A stretch of 64,000 bases of DNA from Candidatus Palauibacter polyketidifaciens (lineage in GTDB: Bacteria > Gemmatimonadota > Gemmatimonadetes > Palauibacterales > Palauibacteraceae): positions 37,326 to 101,325 of the forward strand of contig NZ_CANPVO010000006.1 in assembly GCF_947581785.1 (NCBI RefSeq), in the 5' to 3' direction. A model generated the notes under the pieces. It was not told the DNA's origin, made no database searches, and worked only from the letters and a program-made list of their open reading frames with translations. The position numbers and the translations under genes are program-made. Below, one piece after another: positions 26,582 to 35,995 of the stretch. Numbering within the stretch: the stretch's first letter is position 1; each line of letters opens with the position of its first letter.

Positions 26582-27705
26582 GTCCCTTCACCCCCTCCGG
26601 ATGTCCCGGCGTTCCCAGTTCCTCGCCGCTTCCGGAACGCGAGCCACGCGCCGACCGTGAGCACGGGCAGGACGTAGTAGACGATGAAGCCCCAGGTGAT
26701 CGTCCCGTAGCCCTGACGGATGAGGTCGATGAGGCCGAGAGGGGTGAGGGACAGCGCGATCCCGAGGAAGACCGCCGCGACCACCGGCCTCGCCCAGCTC
26801 GGCATCCCGGCGCCCCGCTCACCCCGCGTGACGGCGAGCCGCTCGTTCACCGCGTGGATCATCCCGGTGCCGGTCTCGATCAGGGTGCCGAAGAGGATGA
26901 CCTGGTAGGCGATCTGGAACGTCCTCGACCCGAGCGCCTCGAGGATGAAGTTCGAGGGGACGGTCGCGTCGATGATCGCGGGGTAGTGCGGCACCATCGC
27001 GAGGTAGAAGAAGAACGCCGGCAGCATCCCGATGACGCCGGCCAGCAGGCCGGCCCACACGGCCTGGATCCGGGTCTGGATGTGGCGCACGGTGAAGAGC
27101 GCGACGGCGGCCGCGGAGAGGTTGTAGCCTCCGTACTGGACCCCCTTCACGAGCCAGTCGCCGTTGGGACCGCTGGCGGTGAAGCTCGGGCCCAGCGTGG
27201 ACCCGAAGCGCACCAGCGACCACACGACGAGCGCCACGAACACGGCGTAGAGCGCGAACGACCAGCCGGCGAAGAAGCGCTCGATCGCGACGCTCCCGTA
27301 GAAGAGAAGCAGCGCGACCGCCCCCAGCGCCACGATCACGCCCAGCGCATACGGAAGGCCGAAGGTCTCGTCCACGATCGAGCCCGCCGCCGCCCCGATG
27401 ACGGCGAGCACGAGGAGCGTGAGCAGTACGTACGTGACCTCGAACAGGACCCAGGACGGCCCGAGCAGACGCTTGAAAAAGTTGCGGTATTCGTAGCTGC
27501 GGAACTGCCGCGCGAGTTCGAACGTGACGGCGCACACCGCGCTCCAGATCGCGGTCGAGAGGGCCATGGCCCAGAGGCCCGGCGTGGGGCCGATGGAGAG
27601 GAAGAACTCGACGTTCTCCCGCCCCGTGCCGTATCCGCCGGCGATCACGGCCGATTGGAAGACGAGCCCCGGCAGCAGATAGCGGCGGAACCAGGGAGCT
27701 TTCAC
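26578..27705 (-). CDS. polytopic membrane protein, putative transporter (YkvI-like)
   Basis: About 11 hydrophobic segments. AGGYGTGRENVEFF resembles the GAGFASGQEI motif of YkvI-family proteins. The family call is tentative. Confidence 0.5.
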   Translation of the reverse strand: MKAPWFRRYLLPGLVFQSAVIAGGYGTGRENVEFFLSIGPTPGLWAMALSTAIWSAVCAVTFELARQFRSYEYRNFFKRLLGPSWVLFEVTYVLLTLLVLAVIGAAAGSIVDETFGLPYALGVIVALGAVALLLFYGSVAIERFFAGWSFALYAVFVALVVWSLVRFGSTLGPSFTASGPNGDWLVKGVQYGGYNLSAAAVALFTVRHIQTRIQAVWAGLLAGVIGMLPAFFFYLAMVPHYPAIIDATVPSNFILEALGSRTFQIAYQVILFGTLIETGTGMIHAVNERLAVTRGERGAGMPSWARPVVAAVFLGIALSLTPLGLIDLIRQGYGTITWGFIVYYVLPVLTVGAWLAFRKRRGTGNAGTSGGGEGT

Positions 27706-27826
27706 GCTGGCGTCCCTTTCTCTCGGCCGGTCCCTGCCCCAAGGTTTCGCCCGTCAGCGAGGGGCGAGTGGACCCGGGCGCCGGGTGCCGGCGGCCACTT
27801 GCGACCCGCCAAGCTAGAGAACAGCG

Positions 27827-29182
27827 ATGGAACGAGACAGACGCGAGACGTTCGGCTCCCGCTTCGGGCTCGTGGCCACGATGATCGGCGTCGCCGTCGG
27901 GCTGGGGAACGTCTGGCGCTTCCCGTACATGGTCGGCGAGTTCGGCGGGGCTCCCTTCGTGGCCTTCTACGTTCTGGCCGTGGTGCTGATCGGAGTTCCC
28001 GCGCTCATGGCGGAGTGGACGCTGGGCCGGCATACCCGCCGCGGCCCGGTCGGCGCGTTCGAGTCGGGAGGTCTCCCCTTCGGCCGCGCCCTCGGCTGGA
28101 TCTTCTTCGTCGGCGTCACCGCCGCCACCGGCTACTACTCGAACGCGCTCGGCTGGGTGCTGTACCACGCCTTGGCCGGGCTGCTCTCCGGCGTCGGGGT
28201 CGAGATCGACGCCGCCGCGATCCTGCCCCCGGACGAGGGGTTCTCCCTTCGCTCCTTCCTGCTGCAGTGCGCCTGCACCGGGGCCGTCCTCCTCACCTGC
28301 GCCGCGGTGCTGCGCCGCGGGCTGCGGCGCGGGATCGAGAAAGCGAGCCGCTTCATCGTTCCGGCGCTCCTTGCGGGGCTCGTGATCCTCATCGCCCGCT
28401 CTCTGACGCTGCCGGGGGCCGGCGAGGGTCTCCGCTGGTACCTCGGCGCCTTCGATCCCGGCGCGCTCACGCCGCCGGTCATGCTGGGCGCCTTGGGTCA
28501 GGCGATCTTCAGCCTCTCGCTGGGCGGCACCTTCATGGTCGTGTACGGCTCCTACCTGAACCGCGACGACCCCCTGCGCGGCAACGCCGTCTTCACCGCG
28601 GGCGGCGACCTTTGCGCCGGACTCATGGCGGGGCTCGCCATCTTCCCCGCCGTGTTCGCGTTCGGACTTGAACCGGCGAGCGGCCCCGGCCTCCTCTTCG
28701 TCACGCTGCCCGAGGTGTTCGGACGGATCCCTGCCGGGGCCGTGTTCGGGACGCTCTTCTTCCTGGCCCTGTTCGGCGGCGCTTACCTGTCGGATGTGGC
28801 GGCGCTGGAGGTGCTGGTGGCCGGGGTCACCGACAACACCGGAATCGGCCGCTCGCGCGCCGTCACCCTGACGACCGTGGTCGTGTTCGCGTTCGCGCTA
28901 CCGCCGATGATCAACATGAACGTGTTCACGCCGTGGGATCTGACCTTCGGATCGGGCTTCCAGACGCTCGGCGCGCTGCTCTCGGTCGTCGCCGTGGGAT
29001 GGGCTCTGGACCGCTCTGAAGTACTGCGGCAACTGGCGGCGGGCGAGGATCGGCGCGCGAAGCGGGGCGTGCCGGCGATCTGGCTCTACTACTGGCTCCG
29101 CTTCGTGATCCCCGCCGCGATCCTCGCCGTCGGTGCCTGGTGGCTCCTCACCGACGTGCTCGGCGTCTTCGCGGGGTCGTGA
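27827..29182 (+). CDS. neurotransmitter:sodium symporter (NSS/SNF) family transporter
   Basis: GVAVGLGNVWRFPYMVGEFGGAPF is the NSS signature. Confidence 0.9.
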   Translation: MERDRRETFGSRFGLVATMIGVAVGLGNVWRFPYMVGEFGGAPFVAFYVLAVVLIGVPALMAEWTLGRHTRRGPVGAFESGGLPFGRALGWIFFVGVTAATGYYSNALGWVLYHALAGLLSGVGVEIDAAAILPPDEGFSLRSFLLQCACTGAVLLTCAAVLRRGLRRGIEKASRFIVPALLAGLVILIARSLTLPGAGEGLRWYLGAFDPGALTPPVMLGALGQAIFSLSLGGTFMVVYGSYLNRDDPLRGNAVFTAGGDLCAGLMAGLAIFPAVFAFGLEPASGPGLLFVTLPEVFGRIPAGAVFGTLFFLALFGGAYLSDVAALEVLVAGVTDNTGIGRSRAVTLTTVVVFAFALPPMINMNVFTPWDLTFGSGFQTLGALLSVVAVGWALDRSEVLRQLAAGEDRRAKRGVPAIWLYYWLRFVIPAAILAVGAWWLLTDVLGVFAGS

Positions 29183-29207
29183 GTCCCTGCGGGCGACGGA
29201 GCCCGGT

Positions 29208-30515
29208 TCAACGTTCGTCCTCCGGAGCCCGTCCCATGGCACGCAGGAGGTCCCAGTAGTCGACCCACGCCGCGGATCGCATGGAGAGGGCGCTGAGCCG
29301 CGCGCTCCGGAAGGCGTTCGCCGCGTCGAGCAACTCCAGGAGCGACATCTCGTTCTCTCCGTACGCCGCCGTCGCCGAGGCGAGCAGCGCCTCGGCATCC
29401 GCCAGCAGGCCATCGGCCGCCGTTTCGAGACGGCCTCGACTGGAGGCGTACCGGTCCGCGGTCATCAGGAGATCGTTCTCGGCCAGCCGTCTCCGGAGGT
29501 CGAGGCGATGGGCGGCCGCGGCGCTCCGGGCGTCGGCTGCCTGCCGGTCCCCCCCTCCGCGATCGAACAGCGGCAGCGGGAGATCGAGACCCAGGCTGAG
29601 GCCCTGGAATCCGCCCTCCTGCCGTCGATATCCCATACTGACGGTCGGATCGGGCATCCAGCCGGACTTCGCAACGGCGAGTTCGGCCTGCGCGGCGTCC
29701 AGATCCCGGGCCGCGGCCTCGAGGTCCGGCCGCTCGAGCAGCGCGCCGAGCGCGGCTTCCCGAGTCACCGCGGGCGGCAGCCCTTCCAGCCCCGCGGACG
29801 GTCCGACCTCCTCGATTCCCGTCCCGGGAAAGGTCAGCGCGGCGAGGCGCCTGCGGGCGTCGCGAGACCGGAGTTCGGCCTCCGCCACACCCTGCTCCGC
29901 CTGCACCCGTTCCAGTCGCAGCCGCCGCGTTTCGTAGGCGGAGATGTCTCCCTCCTCCAGGCGGATCTCCGCATCCTCGGCGACCTCCTGGATCACCGCC
30001 ACGGTCTGCCGCGCCGTGAGTTCCGCCGCTTCCGCAAACCACGCGAGCGCCCAGGCTTCGCGAACCTCGAAGGCGAGCCGGGTCGAGTCGCTGCGGAAAC
30101 GGGCGGTGCTCGCTTCGATCGTGCGGGCGGCGGCCCGGTAGCGGGCGGCGGTGCGGCCGGGCCATTCGAGGGGCTGAGAGAGGAGCAGATTCTCCTCCCA
30201 GTACTCGTCGCCATTCCGGTCGAGGTCGTCGCGCCTGGCCGAGAGCGACGGGTTGAACCAGGCGCGGGACTGGCGCGCGGCTCCCGCGATCTCGGCGGCC
30301 TCGGAGCGTGAGATCCTCAGAGCGAGGCTGTTCGCGGCGAACGCCTCGAGGGCTGCCGCGAGCGAGACTCGGTGTACGGCTTCCTGACCGAGCGTCGGGC
30401 CCGGCAGAAGGAGAAGGGCGCCAAGCCCCAGAAGCGTGATGTAGCGGATATTCAGTTCCTCGTTGCGATAGCCCGGATCCGGTCCAACCTCACCAATCGC
30501 CGCGCCGCACAGCAA
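29208..30515 (-). CDS. TolC-family outer-membrane efflux protein
   Basis: Two-repeat helical/barrel architecture with L..A...A...N..L motifs typical of the outer membrane efflux protein (OEP) family. The start is uncertain: TTG 30515 precedes the signal-like NIRYITLLGLGALLLLPGPTLGQ by about 20 aa. Confidence 0.75.
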   Translation of the reverse strand: MLCGAAIGEVGPDPGYRNEELNIRYITLLGLGALLLLPGPTLGQEAVHRVSLAAALEAFAANSLALRISRSEAAEIAGAARQSRAWFNPSLSARRDDLDRNGDEYWEENLLLSQPLEWPGRTAARYRAAARTIEASTARFRSDSTRLAFEVREAWALAWFAEAAELTARQTVAVIQEVAEDAEIRLEEGDISAYETRRLRLERVQAEQGVAEAELRSRDARRRLAALTFPGTGIEEVGPSAGLEGLPPAVTREAALGALLERPDLEAAARDLDAAQAELAVAKSGWMPDPTVSMGYRRQEGGFQGLSLGLDLPLPLFDRGGGDRQAADARSAAAAHRLDLRRRLAENDLLMTADRYASSRGRLETAADGLLADAEALLASATAAYGENEMSLLELLDAANAFRSARLSALSMRSAAWVDYWDLLRAMGRAPEDER

Positions 30516-30648
30516 GTGCCCCCGACGTGACGAGTGACCCCGCCCGTCGGTCCGCCGTCAGTCTATCATGCAGCCGCATCAGAAGCCGGTCAGCGGCACG
30601 CGGTCTTCCGTGGGGAAACTCGTTCACGGTCGCTTTTCGGAGGTCGCC

Positions 30649-31755
30649 ATGAATCAACGGAGGGAACGCTCCCGCTGCCTCGTCACGGCGCCGATGCGCG
30701 CCGGGACGCTACGGATCGGTGTCCTGCTCGGCGCGCTCCAGTTCACGGTGGGTGCCGGCGGGCTGGCGGGACAGGAGGCGGGAGACTGCGGTGCCCATCT
30801 TTCCCTCGGGGTCGCCGTCGTGGACGAGTCCGGCTCGATCCCGATCCCGTTCGCAACGGTGCGCCTGACGTCGGAAGACGAGGGTGCGCTGGACGGGCCG
30901 TTGCGAGGTCAGGCCGGATCCGACGGGCGACTCGTGTTCTGCGTCCCCGCGGGCGTCCGTCACGCGACGCTGCGGGCGGAGTTCGGGGATGCCTCCAGCG
31001 ACGAAACCGAAATCAATATCGGGCTCGCGGCAACGCAGGATGTGGTCCTCAGACTCCGCGTCGCTTCGGTCGAGAACGGGCGTCTGCTGGGCACTGTGAC
31101 GGACGCGCTCAGCAACGCCCGGGTGGCCGCGGCCGCGGTGTCCCTCCGGGGCCGTTCGCAGGAAGTTCAGACGAACCGGCAGGGCGGATTCATCCTCAGC
31201 GACGTGCCGGTAGGCGTGTACGAGCTGTCCGTGCGGCACCTCGGGTACGCCCCGTTGCGCCACATGGTCAATGTGGCCCGCGGCGCCACCACGGAAGTCC
31301 AGATCGGCCTCGTCCCGGCTCCGCTCGAGATGGAACCGCTCGTGGCAACGGCCGTGCGCCTGCGCCGACTGGAGATCAAGGGCTTCTACGAGCGGAAACG
31401 CTGGGGCGAACTTCTCGGACTCGGCGCCTTTTTCACCGTGGCCGACATCGAGCGTCGCAACCCCCGGATCATATCCGACATGATCATGGAGGAAGCGTCG
31501 ATCCGACGCGTCTGCGGTATGGGTTCGCGCACCTGCAGGCTATACACGACGCGGCTGACCACCGGTTTCGGCTCGCGTTGCCTCATGCAGATCTACCTCG
31601 ATGGCATTCTCATCAGCGAGGAAGGCGCGGCCGACACGTGGGTGTCACCCGTCGAAATCGCAGGCGTCGAGGTGTACAAGGGTCCGGCATCGCTGCCGGC
31701 CGAGTTCAGTGGACCCAATTCACGGTGCGGCGTAGTCGCGATCTGGACGAAATAG
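30649..31755 (+). CDS. carboxypeptidase-regulatory-like domain protein with TonB-plug-like C-terminus
   Basis: Trimmed to ATG 30649, with GGAGG 5 nt upstream. GRLLGTVTDALSNARVAAAAVSLRG...QTNRQGGFILSDVPVGVYELSVRHLGY is a CarboxypepD_reg fold. The C-terminus IAGVEVYKGPASLPAEF is plug-like. Confidence 0.6.
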   Translation: MNQRRERSRCLVTAPMRAGTLRIGVLLGALQFTVGAGGLAGQEAGDCGAHLSLGVAVVDESGSIPIPFATVRLTSEDEGALDGPLRGQAGSDGRLVFCVPAGVRHATLRAEFGDASSDETEINIGLAATQDVVLRLRVASVENGRLLGTVTDALSNARVAAAAVSLRGRSQEVQTNRQGGFILSDVPVGVYELSVRHLGYAPLRHMVNVARGATTEVQIGLVPAPLEMEPLVATAVRLRRLEIKGFYERKRWGELLGLGAFFTVADIERRNPRIISDMIMEEASIRRVCGMGSRTCRLYTTRLTTGFGSRCLMQIYLDGILISEEGAADTWVSPVEIAGVEVYKGPASLPAEFSGPNSRCGVVAIWTK

Positions 31756-31900
31756 GCCTGCGGGCGGCGTCAGCAGCCCGTGGCCTCCCGCAGTTCGGAG
31801 AGAGGTCACGCCCCGGTGAAGGCGCCCGCGCACCTGTCGAGCACGTCGGCGTTCGTCCGCAGCCGATGCCCGGTTCGCCGGCCGGACGTAGATTGAACGC

Positions 31901-34315
31901 ATGCACCCGCACGAACTGACGCCCGCACAGCGCGCGGCCGCCGAAGCCCCGGACGGGCTCCCGGGGCTCGCCGACGCCGAGTTCACGGCGCTCGGCCGCC
32001 GCGCGCGCCGCGTCGAAGGGCTCCGCAAGTCGACCGGCCGCGAGATCTACACGGACGACATCGTCCTGCCGGGGATGCTGCACGGGAAGATCCTCCGCTC
32101 CACGGAGGCCCACGCCCGGATCGTGTCCATCGACACGGCCGAAGCCGAGGCCCTCGAGGGTGTGTACGGAGTCATCACCGGGCAGGACCTGCCGACGCCG
32201 TACGGGATCATCCCGTGGACCCGCGACGAGCACGCGCTCTGCGTCGACAAGGTGCGCTTCATCGGCGACGCGGTCGCGGCGGTGGCCGCGGTCGACGAGG
32301 ACACGGCGAACGCGGCGCTCGAGCGGATTCACGTCGAGTACGCGCCGCTTCCCGTCTATCTTTCGCCCGAGGAGTCGCTGGCGTCCGAAGCCGCCGCGGA
32401 GCCCATCCACGCGCCGCGCAAGCCGGGGGCGAACGGCAACGTCCTCAAGCACGTCCACCTCGAGTTCGGGGACGTGGACGCGCAGATGGCGGAGTCGGAT
32501 GTCGCCATCGAGGGGGAGTACTTCTTCCACGGGACGACGCACACGCCGATCGAACCCCACTGCGCGATCTCCCGACTCAACCCGGATGGCGTGCTCGAGG
32601 TGTGGTCCTCCACGCAGGTCCCGCACTATCTGCAGCGGGAGCTCGCGCGGGTGCTCGACCACGACGTGGCGAAGGTGCGGGTCGCGCAGCCGGCCGTGGG
32701 CGGGGCCTTCGGCGGCAAGTCCGAGCCGTTCGATCTCGAGTTCTGCGTGGCGCTCCTCGCGATGCGGACCGGCCGTCCGGTGAAGATCCTCTACACGCGT
32801 GAAGAACTCTTCTACTCGCACCGCGGCCGTCACCCCATGCGCATGAAGTACCGGCTCGGCGCCTCGCGCGGCGGGAAGCTCAGGGCGCTCGACGCGCGCA
32901 CGATCCTGGACGGCGGCGCCTACGCCTCGTTCGGCCTCGTAACCACGTACTACTCGGGGCAGCTCCTCACCGCGCCTTGCCATATCGAGTCCTACCGTTT
33001 CGACTCGACGCGCGTGTACACGAACGTCGCCCCGTGCGGCCCCAAGCGCGGCCACGGCTCCGTACAGCCGCGCTTCGCGTACGAGATCTCGCTCGACAAG
33101 CTGGCCGGGAGGCTCGGCCTCGACCCGTTCGAACTCCGCCGCCGCAACTTCATGGGCACGGGTCGGACGGTGAACGAGTTCAAGGTCCGGTCGAACGGTT
33201 TCCTGGAGTGCCTGGAGGCGGTCGAGCGTGCCAGCGACTGGAAGACGCGGTACCGGCGGCTGCCGACAGGTCGCGGCCTCGGGATGGCCGCCTCCTCCTA
33301 CATCTCCGGCACGAACTACCCCATCTATCCGAACGAGATGCCCCAGGCTGCGGTGCAGGTGCAGATCGAGCGCTCCGGCCGGGTGGCGATCCTGCACGGC
33401 GCGTCGGAGATCGGGCAGGGTTCCGACTCCACCATGGCCTACATCGCCTGTGAGGAACTCGGCGTCCCGCTCGAGTACGTGCGCGTCTTCTCCGCCGACA
33501 CGGACCTCACGCCGGTGGACTTGGGGGCCTACTCCTCGCGCGAGACCGTGATGGTGGGAAACGCCTGCCTCGAGGCCTGCCGCGCGCTGCGAGGGCAGGT
33601 GACGGAGGCGGTCGGGGAGGTCTGGGGCGTTGCGGCCGGCCGGGTGCGTCTGGCGCGCGGCTGGGCCTTCGACAGCGACACCCCCGAGGACGCCGACCGC
33701 CGCCTCCCCATCTCGGAGGCGTTCAACATCGCCGAAGCGAAGTTCGGCCTGTTGGGCGCCGTGGGTTCCTACGACACGCCGAAGGATGTCCACGGCGACT
33801 ACCGGGGCGGCACGATCGGATCGTCGCCGGCCTATTCCTTCACCGCGCACGTGGCCGAAGTCGAGGTCGACGAGGACACGGGGGTCGTCGACGTGAAGAA
33901 CATCTGGGTGGCGCACGACTGCGGCCGCGCGCTCAACCCGGTGCTTGTCGAAGGCCAGATCGAGGGCTCCGCCTACATGGGATTCGCGGAGGCGATCTTC
34001 GAGGAACAGCTCTTCCGCGAGGGGGAGGTGGAGGGCGGCCTGCACACGTCGCCATCGCTCCTCGACTACCGGATCCCCACCTCGATGGACTGCCCGGAGT
34101 TCGAGGCCCTCATCGTCGAGTCGGTGGATCCGGAAGGCCCCTACGGGGCGAAGGAGGCGGGGGAAGGGCCGCTGCACCCGTCGCTCCCCGCGATCGCGAA
34201 CGCGATATACGACGCGGTGGGAGTGAGGATCGACGAACTTCCCTTCACGCCGCAGCGCGTATGGAGGGCCTTGCGCGCGCACGCCGCCGCCGCGAGCCGC
34301 GAGGACGTGGCCTGA
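31901..34315 (+). CDS. xanthine dehydrogenase family molybdopterin-binding subunit (CoxL/HcrA-like)
   Basis: GREIYTDDIVLPGMLHGKILRS, GGAFGGK, GSRETVM-type segments and KEAGEGPL near the C-terminus. Confidence 0.9.
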   Translation: MHPHELTPAQRAAAEAPDGLPGLADAEFTALGRRARRVEGLRKSTGREIYTDDIVLPGMLHGKILRSTEAHARIVSIDTAEAEALEGVYGVITGQDLPTPYGIIPWTRDEHALCVDKVRFIGDAVAAVAAVDEDTANAALERIHVEYAPLPVYLSPEESLASEAAAEPIHAPRKPGANGNVLKHVHLEFGDVDAQMAESDVAIEGEYFFHGTTHTPIEPHCAISRLNPDGVLEVWSSTQVPHYLQRELARVLDHDVAKVRVAQPAVGGAFGGKSEPFDLEFCVALLAMRTGRPVKILYTREELFYSHRGRHPMRMKYRLGASRGGKLRALDARTILDGGAYASFGLVTTYYSGQLLTAPCHIESYRFDSTRVYTNVAPCGPKRGHGSVQPRFAYEISLDKLAGRLGLDPFELRRRNFMGTGRTVNEFKVRSNGFLECLEAVERASDWKTRYRRLPTGRGLGMAASSYISGTNYPIYPNEMPQAAVQVQIERSGRVAILHGASEIGQGSDSTMAYIACEELGVPLEYVRVFSADTDLTPVDLGAYSSRETVMVGNACLEACRALRGQVTEAVGEVWGVAAGRVRLARGWAFDSDTPEDADRRLPISEAFNIAEAKFGLLGAVGSYDTPKDVHGDYRGGTIGSSPAYSFTAHVAEVEVDEDTGVVDVKNIWVAHDCGRALNPVLVEGQIEGSAYMGFAEAIFEEQLFREGEVEGGLHTSPSLLDYRIPTSMDCPEFEALIVESVDPEGPYGAKEAGEGPLHPSLPAIANAIYDAVGVRIDELPFTPQRVWRALRAHAAAASREDVA

Positions 34316-34337
34316 ACTCCTCCTGCGTCCCGCCGGA

Positions 34338-34757
34338 ATGAAGCAGTTCGTCCGACAACTCGGCGTCGAGACGCGAGGGAAGGGCCTGTATGAGATCACC
34401 CGCCCCGTCCTCGAGTGGACGGCCGGGCTCGAGATCGAGACGGGGATGCTCACCGTCTACATCCGCCACACGTCGGCGTCGCTGACGATCCAGGAGAACG
34501 CGGACCCGGACGTCCTCCACGACCTCTCGAACTTCTTCGCCCGGCTCGTTCCGGAAGGTGACCGCCGCTACCGGCACACGATGGAAGGGCCCGATGACAT
34601 GCCGGCGCACATCCGGTCGGCCCTGACCCAGACGCACCTGGCCATCCCGGTGCTCGACGGGGCGCCGGCCCTGGGAACCTGGCAGGGGATCTTCCTCTTC
34701 GAGCACCGCAGCCGTCCGCACCGCCGTACGGCGGTCCTCCACGTCACCGGCGCATAG
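34338..34757 (+). CDS. YjbQ/UPF0047 family protein (secondary thiamine-phosphate synthase-like)
   Basis: YEIT..V......G.L.VYIRHTSASLTIQENADPDV..D...F..LVP...YRH...GPDDMPAHI...L is the canonical YjbQ pattern. Confidence 0.85.
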   Translation: MKQFVRQLGVETRGKGLYEITRPVLEWTAGLEIETGMLTVYIRHTSASLTIQENADPDVLHDLSNFFARLVPEGDRRYRHTMEGPDDMPAHIRSALTQTHLAIPVLDGAPALGTWQGIFLFEHRSRPHRRTAVLHVTGA

Positions 34758-34761
34758 CGGT

Positions 34762-35946
34762 CTACTTGGAGCCGTATTTTCCGATGGCCTCGAAGTCGAG
34801 GTCCACCACGAATTCGCCCGAATCCGCGTCGCGCTCGAAGATGATGAAACCGAGTTCGGCAAGCCTCGTGAGTTCCCGGAAGAACGTTCGTGAAGTTACG
34901 GCGCGATAAACGGTGTCGACGAAGGGTGAATCGATCAGCGCGTCGAGCGAGAGTCGCCGAGAGGGGCTCTCCGAAAAGGGATCGGCCGGCTCCGTTTCCT
35001 CAAGGAGGAAACCCAGGAGGCCATGCTCCCGCTCGTTGATGAGACGGCGACGCTTGCTCACTCGCTTGTCGCGCGCCCAAGTCAACGTTTGCCGGTAGAC
35101 CAGGCGGTTCAGCTTCGAGTTGATGAAGGAGTTGATTCCGCGCAGCTCGGCGTCGAAGCCACGCAACCCGAACTCCACGAAGCGCGTGACGTCGACCGGT
35201 TGCACCCTGCGGCATTCCTGCTGGCGCCTTTTGTAGAGGTCTCCGTTGCGGTAGAAATAGTTCGAGAGCCCGTAGAAACCGTGGACGTTGTATCCCCCTT
35301 CAAAGAGGATGGCTGCCTCGACCAGCCTCGACACGCGGCCGTTTCCGTCTCCGAACGGATGGATGGTCACCAGGAAGAAGTGGGCGAGCAGCGCTCGGAC
35401 CACCGGATGCTCGTTCCGTACGCGCCGAGAGTTGACGAAGACGACGAAGTCGTCCAGCAACTGCGGGAGCTCCTCGTGAGGTGCTCCCAGGTGGACTCCT
35501 CCCAAATCCGGCGTACCCACCTGCACGCCGTATGCTCGCAGCCGGCCGGGTACGTTGTTTCCTTCATCGGAGCCCCTGGTGAGCAATTCATGCATTCGGA
35601 GGATGTCCGCCACCGCCAGCGGTGCCTCGCCGGGTCCGAACCGTTCGCGAACCCAGTTCTGGGCGGCATCGGCATTCTCGATCTGTCGAGATTCCCTAGT
35701 TGTGGCGCTGGCTTCGGTTTCACGATCCAGCAGTTCGCGCACCTGCGCTTCCGACAGCGGGTTGCCCTCGAGGGCGGTCGTGCCACGGATCGTCCTGATG
35801 CGATTCAATCGGTCGAGCTGGTCCCTCCAATCCGGGGGCAGCAGAAGTTTCTCGACGGCCTTCCGACTCGCCTCGATTTCGATGAGAAGGCTAGTCAGGC
35901 CGGGGCCGTCGAGGCGGTATTCGAAGCTGAACGTCTGCCAATCCAT
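34762..35946 (-). CDS. fic: Fic-family protein (AMPylase-type) with N-terminal inhibitory motif and C-terminal winged-helix-like domain
   Basis: HPFGDGNGRVSR matches HxFx(D/E)GNGRxxR. TTALEGN matches the (S/T)xxxE(G/N) inhibitory helix motif. My spot GC count is about 60%, against 75-80% in the flanks. Confidence 0.9.
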   Translation of the reverse strand: MDWQTFSFEYRLDGPGLTSLLIEIEASRKAVEKLLLPPDWRDQLDRLNRIRTIRGTTALEGNPLSEAQVRELLDRETEASATTRESRQIENADAAQNWVRERFGPGEAPLAVADILRMHELLTRGSDEGNNVPGRLRAYGVQVGTPDLGGVHLGAPHEELPQLLDDFVVFVNSRRVRNEHPVVRALLAHFFLVTIHPFGDGNGRVSRLVEAAILFEGGYNVHGFYGLSNYFYRNGDLYKRRQQECRRVQPVDVTRFVEFGLRGFDAELRGINSFINSKLNRLVYRQTLTWARDKRVSKRRRLINEREHGLLGFLLEETEPADPFSESPSRRLSLDALIDSPFVDTVYRAVTSRTFFRELTRLAELGFIIFERDADSGEFVVDLDFEAIGKYGSK

Positions 35947-35951
35947 ATCTT

Positions 35952-35995
35952 ACGACACCTTTTATGACACCTTGTGTGACACCTTGTTTGACAGG
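35952..35995. repeat. three and a half tandem copies of a 12-bp unit (RTGACACCTTGT) abutting the fic start codon
   Basis: The copies are ACGACACCTTTT (35952-63), ATGACACCTTGT (35964-75), GTGACACCTTGT (35976-87) and a partial TTGACAGG (35988-95). They lie in an AT-rich 102-bp divergent intergenic region. Confidence 0.8.

Noticed and set aside
27706-27826. Possible preQ1 or amino-acid riboswitch in the divergent region upstream of the transporter-queF operon and the NSS transporter
   Set aside because: I found no A-rich preQ1 tail and no recognisable conserved riboswitch core. There is only a generic 6-bp GC hairpin.
31758-31793. Inverted repeat CTGCGGG...CCCGCAG after the CarboxypepD_reg gene, as a terminator
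   Set aside because: The stem is 7 bp with a loop of about 22 nt and no T-run. Such matches are expected by chance in DNA this GC-rich. I made similar weak calls at 8045-8060 and 24879-24915 and dropped them for the same reason.
31706-34453. 915-aa minus-strand ORF
   Set aside because: It is antisense to the molybdopterin-binding subunit gene and to yjbQ. It is low-complexity and Arg/Val/Gly-rich, with no motifs.
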